A stretch of DNA of 64,000 bases from Treponemataceae bacterium (GTDB lineage Bacteria; Spirochaetota; Spirochaetia; Treponematales; Rectinemataceae). Each line of letters opens with the position of its first letter. Positions within the stretch are counted from its first letter, which is position 1. Below are positions 58,710-64,000 of the stretch, one piece after another. A program made the position numbers and the translations under genes. Where the stretch lies: NCBI GenBank assembly GCA_963677895.2, contig CAXXGJ010000018.1, forward strand, positions 416,001-480,000, written 5' to 3'. A model generated the notes under the pieces. It was not told the DNA's origin. It did not search any database and saw only the letters and a program-made list of their open reading frames with translations.

Positions 58710-60449
58710 ATGTCTCAAGCACAGCAAAGCACCGGCAAGGTGCTCAGTTCCCTGAAACAGTTGACGCCGGCGTTTTTCAGGCAGCTCTCCGAGGGCTACT
58801 CGACCGGCGATTTCAAGAAGGACCTCGCCGCCGGCATCACCGTCGGCATCGTCGCGCTGCCTCTCGCCATGGCTTTCGCCATCGGCGCGGGAGCCAGCCC
58901 CGCGCAGGGGCTCTATACGGCGATTGTGGCGGGATTTGTCGCAGCCTTTCTTGGCGGCAGTTTTCATCAGGTTTCCGGCCCCACGGGCGCCTTCGTCGTC
59001 ATAATCGCCGACATCATCGCCCAATTCGGCATGCCGGGACTGCAGCTGGCCACGCTCATCGCGGGGCTCCTCCTGATCTTCATGGCGATTACGGGGCTGG
59101 GGAGCATCATAAAATATATTCCCTACCCGGTGACGATCGGCTTTACGACCGGCATAGGCGTGACTATTTTTGTGGGCCAGCTCAAGGATTTTTTCGGCAT
59201 GGCGATACCCTCGCTCTCGCCCGAGTTCTTCGAGAAAATAGGCCAGTACGCGGAATATTGGCGCAGCACCAACCTGGCGGCCCTGGGCGCGGGGCTGGCG
59301 ACGGTCGGCATCATCATTCTTATAAGGAAGACAATGCCGAAGCTCCCGGCCGCCGTGACCGCCGTAGCGGTGGTCACCGCCGCAGCTTTCCTGCTGAACC
59401 TGCCTCTCGAGACCGTGGGGTCCAAGTTCGGGGCGCTCCCCAAGGGCTTTCCGGCGCCCAGGCTTCCGGAATTCAGCTTTTCCCTCATACGTAAGGTTTT
59501 CCCGAGCGCCCTCACCATCGCGCTTCTCGCGGCGATAGAGTCGCTGCTCTCGGCCGTCGTGGCCGATGGCATGACGGGTACGAGGCATTCTTCCTCCGCG
59601 GAATTGAATGGACAGGGCTTGGGCAATATCGCCAGCGTCCTCTTCGGCGGCATCCCCGCCACGGGAGCGATCGCCAGAACCGCGACCAACATCAAGTCGG
59701 GAGCCCGCTCGCCCGTTTCGGGCATGATCCACGCCATCGTGCTTCTGTTATTCACGCTTTTTCTCGGGCCTCTCGTCCAGGCTATTCCGCTCGCGACGCT
59801 CGCCGGCGTCCTCCTCGTCGTCGCCGTCGATATGAGCGAGCTGCCGCGCTTTTTCTCGATGCGGAAAGCGCCCAAGAGCGACCTCGCCGTCATGGTGACC
59901 ACCTTTATCCTGACGGTCGTGGTCGATCTCACGGCGGCCGTCGAGGTGGGCGTAATCCTCGCCATTATCCTCTTCGTAAAGCGCGCGAAGGATACGACAT
60001 CCGTCGCTACCCAGACCGATTGGCCCAAGGAAGCGGCTGAACTCCTGGAATCGGGCATGGCGAAGGCCGTCGATAAAAAGGATCTGCAGATTCTCGCCAC
60101 CCGAAAGATACCGAAAGGCTGTGAAATCTATGAGATCAATGGGCCATTCTTCTTCGGCGTGGCCGATATCCTGCAGGATACCCTGTCGGGACTCGAGAAG
60201 ACCCCCAAGGTATTCATTCTGAGGATGCGCCATGTTCCGGCGATCGACGCGACAGGCCTCAACGCGTTGCGCAGCTTCAACAAACATTGCAAGCATCATG
60301 GCACGGTGCTTATTCTCAGCGCCGTCGGGGCTCAGCCCGCGAAGGCGATAGACCGCATCGGCTTGGCCGAGGAAATCGGAGCGGAGAATATCTGCGGCGA
60401 TATCGATGATGCCTTGGCAAGGGCTGCGAAGATCGTCGGCTCACTATAA
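58710..60449 (+). CDS. SulP/SLC26 anion permease with STAS domain
   Basis: DLAAGITVGIVALPLAMAF, SGPTGAF, TGAIART, GPFFFG, IDATG. Confidence 0.95.
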   Translation: MSQAQQSTGKVLSSLKQLTPAFFRQLSEGYSTGDFKKDLAAGITVGIVALPLAMAFAIGAGASPAQGLYTAIVAGFVAAFLGGSFHQVSGPTGAFVVIIADIIAQFGMPGLQLATLIAGLLLIFMAITGLGSIIKYIPYPVTIGFTTGIGVTIFVGQLKDFFGMAIPSLSPEFFEKIGQYAEYWRSTNLAALGAGLATVGIIILIRKTMPKLPAAVTAVAVVTAAAFLLNLPLETVGSKFGALPKGFPAPRLPEFSFSLIRKVFPSALTIALLAAIESLLSAVVADGMTGTRHSSSAELNGQGLGNIASVLFGGIPATGAIARTATNIKSGARSPVSGMIHAIVLLLFTLFLGPLVQAIPLATLAGVLLVVAVDMSELPRFFSMRKAPKSDLAVMVTTFILTVVVDLTAAVEVGVILAIILFVKRAKDTTSVATQTDWPKEAAELLESGMAKAVDKKDLQILATRKIPKGCEIYEINGPFFFGVADILQDTLSGLEKTPKVFILRMRHVPAIDATGLNALRSFNKHCKHHGTVLILSAVGAQPAKAIDRIGLAEEIGAENICGDIDDALARAAKIVGSL

Positions 60450-60505
60450 AAGCCTTAAAGTATTGACAAGAATTATGCCTTTACTGTATAAGTTGCTTGT
60501 TGCGT

Positions 60506-60587
60506 GCGGCGATGGTGGAATTGGTAGACACGCTAGCTTGAGGTGCTAGTGCCGAGAGGTATGGAGGTTCAAGTCCTCTTCGCCGCA
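60506..60587 (+). tRNA. tRNA-Leu(GAG), CCA not encoded
   Basis: GCGGCGA/TCGCCGC acceptor stem, anticodon loop TT-GAG-GT, long variable arm, TTCAA T-loop; TTGACA promoter upstream. Confidence 0.95.
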
Positions 60588-60593
60588 GCAGAT

Positions 60594-60623
60594 AGGGCTG
60601 TCCCAACGGACAGTCCTTTTTTT
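60594..60623 (+). terminator. Intrinsic terminator after tRNA-Leu
   Basis: AGGGCTGTCC-CAAC-GGACAGTCCT followed by a T run. Confidence 0.85.
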
Positions 60624-60736
60624 ATGCGGAAATCCCCGGCTCGCAAGCCTGCTACGATTTTTTATTGACAAGGGAAGTCTTATATCCTATTGTTTACTAG
60701 TTTTATAAGTATTAAATGTGTTTACAGGAAGGAAGC

Positions 60737-61837
60737 ATGAAAAAAGTAAAGCTGTCGACGGCAATCTGCGCGATCATCTCCATGGCATTCATTATCGGTC
60801 TCGCCTCCTGCAATATGGCGGGGCTCAGCTCGTCGGATTTCGATGACCTCGGCGACGGATCCTCGACATCGAAGGGGCTTGCGGCCTCGGGAAATCTGAC
60901 GGTAAACGGTATCCTGGTGACCTTCGATCCGAATGGCGGAACCGTCGAAACCGGCAGCAAAACAGTCAAACATGGCTCCGCGTATGGCGAGCTTCCCCAG
61001 CCAAGCCGCGGCGGTTATAAATTCGGCGGCTGGAGGACGGGACAGGAAGGGGAAGGGAATCTTGTCACGGCTACCTCGAAAGTCGCGGTCAAGGCTGACC
61101 ATACTCTCTATGCCGCGTGGAATCTGGCGCCGAAGAAGATCGCCGGAACGGCGGTGGCGGGGGAGACCTGCTTCTTTTTCGAGTTCGATGTGGACGGTCC
61201 CGAGAAGACAGCCAGCGTGCTGGTTCCCGCTTCGCAGGGCGGATATATCCAGAACGAGAAGATGGTCTATGAAAAAATCATCTACGACATGCCTAATCTC
61301 TATGTCGATTATACCAGTGGCATAATGGCGGGAGCGACGGAAGAAAAGGATGGAGTGTCTTACTCTTTCCAGGGGAATTACTCGCCGACCGATGGCTTCG
61401 TGGGCGTCATCACGAAAAATGATAATGGCGCGGCATCGGGCGGCTATCTGGTAGGGACCCCCCTGTTCCGCGGCATGAACGTCGTTAATTATGTCGGCGC
61501 CGCGACGTACTTGTTTGACACCCCAACGCCTCAGACGCTGCTTTTTAACGCGACGGCCAATTTCGACACGAATGAAGTCGTCGGCACCTGGTGCGAATCG
61601 GGCGAAGGCTGGGGCTATGGAATCCACGGTAGCATCGGCGGCGCTCTAGAGAGCAGCAAGGTCATAAGCCTGAACGCGGCCCTCCTGCCTGGCTTCGTAT
61701 TGCCGGACCCGTTGAGCGTGCTGGGCGAAGGCAGGTTCAAGAATGCAAGTAAAGAGACGGTATCGGGCTATCTGAACTTGTATTATGGCGAACAGGTGCT
61801 GCCGTCCACTATCATTGCCGTTAGGGAGTCCGACTGA
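60737..61837 (+). CDS. Lipoprotein with one InlB B-repeat (Listeria-Bacteroides repeat)
   Basis: Lipobox [13 protein letters not shown]...[17 protein letters not shown]...TLYAAW. Confidence 0.8.
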   Translation: MKKVKLSTAICAIISMAFIIGLASCNMAGLSSSDFDDLGDGSSTSKGLAASGNLTVNGILVTFDPNGGTVETGSKTVKHGSAYGELPQPSRGGYKFGGWRTGQEGEGNLVTATSKVAVKADHTLYAAWNLAPKKIAGTAVAGETCFFFEFDVDGPEKTASVLVPASQGGYIQNEKMVYEKIIYDMPNLYVDYTSGIMAGATEEKDGVSYSFQGNYSPTDGFVGVITKNDNGAASGGYLVGTPLFRGMNVVNYVGAATYLFDTPTPQTLLFNATANFDTNEVVGTWCESGEGWGYGIHGSIGGALESSKVISLNAALLPGFVLPDPLSVLGEGRFKNASKETVSGYLNLYYGEQVLPSTIIAVRESD

Positions 61838-62065
61838 AAGGAGGGGCAACCGAAGAGAAAATCCTCTATTTTCTTTGAAGAAGCCCCAATTCTTTTTGCC
61901 TCAGTAAATTAGGAATATTTCGCGGTGGATGTTCTATTTCGCATATATTGACAAAATGAGGGTAAATTCGGAGAATAGCACTGTTGGGGTGAAACAGGCA
62001 AAAATGAGACATCGTGGGTGCCCCTTGCCGTATCTTCCAACGCTGTTTTTCGGAGGTTTCTTTAG

Positions 62066-62668
62066 ATGAAGTACCTTAAGGTATTTGCTCTCGTCCTCGT
62101 CGTCGCTCTCGTCGGTTCCTGCGCAGCCAAGCTTCCGCAGAAAGATATTGATCTCGCCAATACGGCGCTGAGCGATGCCCAGGCAGCCAAGGCCGATGTA
62201 TACGCTCCCGCTGAGTACCAGACCGCTCAGGACGCCAAGAATTCCCTGGATACCGAGATCGCCGTCCAGGAAGCCCTGCAGTCCGGCAAGTCATATAAGC
62301 TGACCGGCGAGCTCGCGAAGGCTCTCCTCGACGCAGCCACGAAAGCCAAAGACGCGGCCGCCGCCAATATGGAAACGGTGAAAGCCGAAGTCGCCACGCT
62401 GATCACCGATGTGCAGGCCGCTTTCCCGACCGTAAAAGCCGAATCCGAAGCCGCTTCCAAGGAAGCGAGGAAGGCTGCCAAGGCCGGGCTCAATGTCCAG
62501 GCAATCGCCGCCCAGGTAACCGCCGAGGAAGAGGCCATCACCGCCGCTCAGGCCGCCAATGACGCTCAGGATTACGCGGCAGCCAAGGACCAGCTCACCC
62601 TGCTCAAGGATGAGATTGCCCAGCTCCAGGCCAGCCTGGAAGCCGCCGGCTTCACCGCCGCGCTCTGA
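62066..62668 (+). CDS. Alanine-rich helical lipoprotein (DUF4398-like)
   Basis: Lipobox LVGSC; AKADVYAPAEY motif. Confidence 0.75.
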   Translation: MKYLKVFALVLVVALVGSCAAKLPQKDIDLANTALSDAQAAKADVYAPAEYQTAQDAKNSLDTEIAVQEALQSGKSYKLTGELAKALLDAATKAKDAAAANMETVKAEVATLITDVQAAFPTVKAESEAASKEARKAAKAGLNVQAIAAQVTAEEEAITAAQAANDAQDYAAAKDQLTLLKDEIAQLQASLEAAGFTAAL

Positions 62669-62709
62669 TCTATCGACGATTATCGTCGCCGTTTCGCGAC
62701 GGATCGTTG

Positions 62710-62743
62710 AAAAACCACCCGGTTTCCGCCGGGTGGTTTTTTT
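62710..62743 (+). terminator. Intrinsic terminator
   Basis: AAAAACCACCCGG-TTTCCG-CCGGGTGGTTTTTTT. Confidence 0.85.
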
Positions 62744-62876
62744 ATGCTTTATCTTGTCTACCCCAGGAATTCCGTCGCGGCAGGGAAAACGTGAAATCAT
62801 TTCCTGAATCGGCCTTTCCCCGCGGCAGGCTGGCGCGGCGGCGGATTGGCCGCTAAGATGAAAGCAGGCGGTACCC

Positions 62877-63812
62877 ATGATTTTCCGATACACCGAAGCG
62901 CCGAGCTTCAACAGTCTCCTTCTCGAAAAAATGCTTTGGGCCGTGAGGGTAAAAGACTCCCAGGAGACGGAAAAGCCGCGTTTCCGTTCCAGGGAATACT
63001 CGAAAAGCATATCCAGTCCTTCGCCGCCCGAGCATCTGCGGCTTCGCGTCGATATCGCGAAAAGCGAATTCATGGGAAGACCGATCCACGCGCTCTCGCC
63101 CAAGGCCGGCGCCGGTTCGCCCCTCGTATTGTTCCTCCATGGCGGTTCCTATGTCCTCAACGCGACGCACCCGCATTGGCGGTTCCTGGCCGGCCTTGTC
63201 GAGCGCTCGGGATGTAGCGTCATGGCTCCCGACTACCCCCTGGCTCCCGAATATAGTTATGTAGACGCCTATAGACTGCTCGTGCCGCTTTACCGAGAGC
63301 TTGTCGCCGAGAAATACCATCGCAAGATCATCCTCATGGGCGATTCGGCGGGGGGCGGCCTCATTCTCGGCTTGGCGATGATGATCCGCGACGAGAATAT
63401 TTCCCCCGCGGACGCGGTTGTCCTGCTTTCCCCCTGGCTGGATGTGACCATGAGCAATCCATGCATAGAACGAATTGACCGCGCCGATCCTTTTCTCAAC
63501 GTCGGGGCTCTCGTTCGCGCGGGCAAAGCCTGGGCCAGGGGAGGCAATCCCCGAAAGCCTCTCATAAGCCCCATCTACGGCAAGGTGGAGGGCCTTCCTC
63601 CCTTACATCTGTTCATAGGGACCAAGGATGTCCTGGCCGCCGATTGCAGGCGGTTCAGGGAGCGCTGCACGGCGGCGAATGCCCGTCTTGCCTACTATGA
63701 GTTCGAAAACATGGTGCACGACTGGATGCTTCTGGACTTCAAGGAAGCGAGGATGGCGGCCATGCAGATAGCGGCCATCGTGGCGGGAGCGAGAGATTCG
63801 GAGATGGTCTAG
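62877..63812 (+). CDS. Alpha/beta hydrolase (HSL-family esterase)
   Basis: HGGSY, DYPLAPE, GDSAGG, LLSPWLD, D...HDW. Confidence 0.92.
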   Translation: MIFRYTEAPSFNSLLLEKMLWAVRVKDSQETEKPRFRSREYSKSISSPSPPEHLRLRVDIAKSEFMGRPIHALSPKAGAGSPLVLFLHGGSYVLNATHPHWRFLAGLVERSGCSVMAPDYPLAPEYSYVDAYRLLVPLYRELVAEKYHRKIILMGDSAGGGLILGLAMMIRDENISPADAVVLLSPWLDVTMSNPCIERIDRADPFLNVGALVRAGKAWARGGNPRKPLISPIYGKVEGLPPLHLFIGTKDVLAADCRRFRERCTAANARLAYYEFENMVHDWMLLDFKEARMAAMQIAAIVAGARDSEMV

Positions 63813-63820
63813 CGATGCGT

Positions 63821-63852
63821 AAAAAAGGGCGACGTCCGCAGGACGTCGCCCT
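63821..63852 (-). terminator. Intrinsic terminator for the incoming minus-strand gene
   Basis: AAAAAAGGGCGACGTCC-GCA-GGACGTCGCCCT. Confidence 0.8.
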
Positions 63853-63876
63853 CGTCGAAATTACGTTATGCGATGC

Positions 63877-64000
63877 TTATTCGGCGTTTTCGACGGCGAA
63901 CTGCCAATAATCCGCGCCATGGCCGTCCTCGACGGCATAACCGGCGGGAAGGGAAGACGCTCCGCTCGCGAAAGCGGGAGGGGTGAAGTATTGAATGCCC
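63877..64000 (-). CDS. 3' end of an unidentified CDS entering from the right
   Basis: Open frame ...GIQYFTPPAFASGASSLPAGYAVEDGHGADYWQFAVENAE* followed by a terminator. Confidence 0.55.
   Translation of the reverse strand, partial: GIQYFTPPAFASGASSLPAGYAVEDGHGADYWQFAVENAE

Noticed and set aside
58070..59494. 474-aa plus-strand ORF
   Set aside because: Antisense to the methyltransferase and out of frame within sulP; Arg/Gly-rich shadow composition.
60588..62065. Second island at tRNA-Leu
   Set aside because: No integrase and no duplicated tRNA 3' end visible.

Overview
Bacterial chromosome segment. Gene content and order (short alaS, addAB, dxs-folP-dacA-cdaR-acpS-truA, rny-ymdB, PEGA proteins and lipoproteins) suggest an anaerobic spirochaete; this is inference only. 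Bases 1-~12.8 kb are visibly AT-richer and form the right end of a genomic island integrated at the 3' end of tRNA-Thr(CGT). The island carries a tyrosine integrase, an IS256 element that clips the end of an RpiR regulator, and an unusual catabolic operon: isoaspartyl dipeptidase, creatininase-family amidohydrolase, peptide-type ABC importer, Nit-family amidase and a divergent ICL/PEP-mutase-family enzyme. The GC-rich core holds a lysine-fermentation operon (kdd, kce, kamA, kamB/C-like, kamDE, CoA-transferase) with a class III aminotransferase (Kat-type) in place of kal. It also holds pepT, a DUF2156/nucleotidyltransferase pair, split chrA, a GH13-addB-addA coupled unit, TetRs, a frameshifted cdaR, an RRM gene with a long structured leader, sulP, tRNA-Leu(GAG) and lipoproteins. 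At least eight core genes have a -10 hexamer only 6-8 nt before the ATG, which suggests widespread leaderless translation. All family calls come from motif recognition by eye, not database searches.
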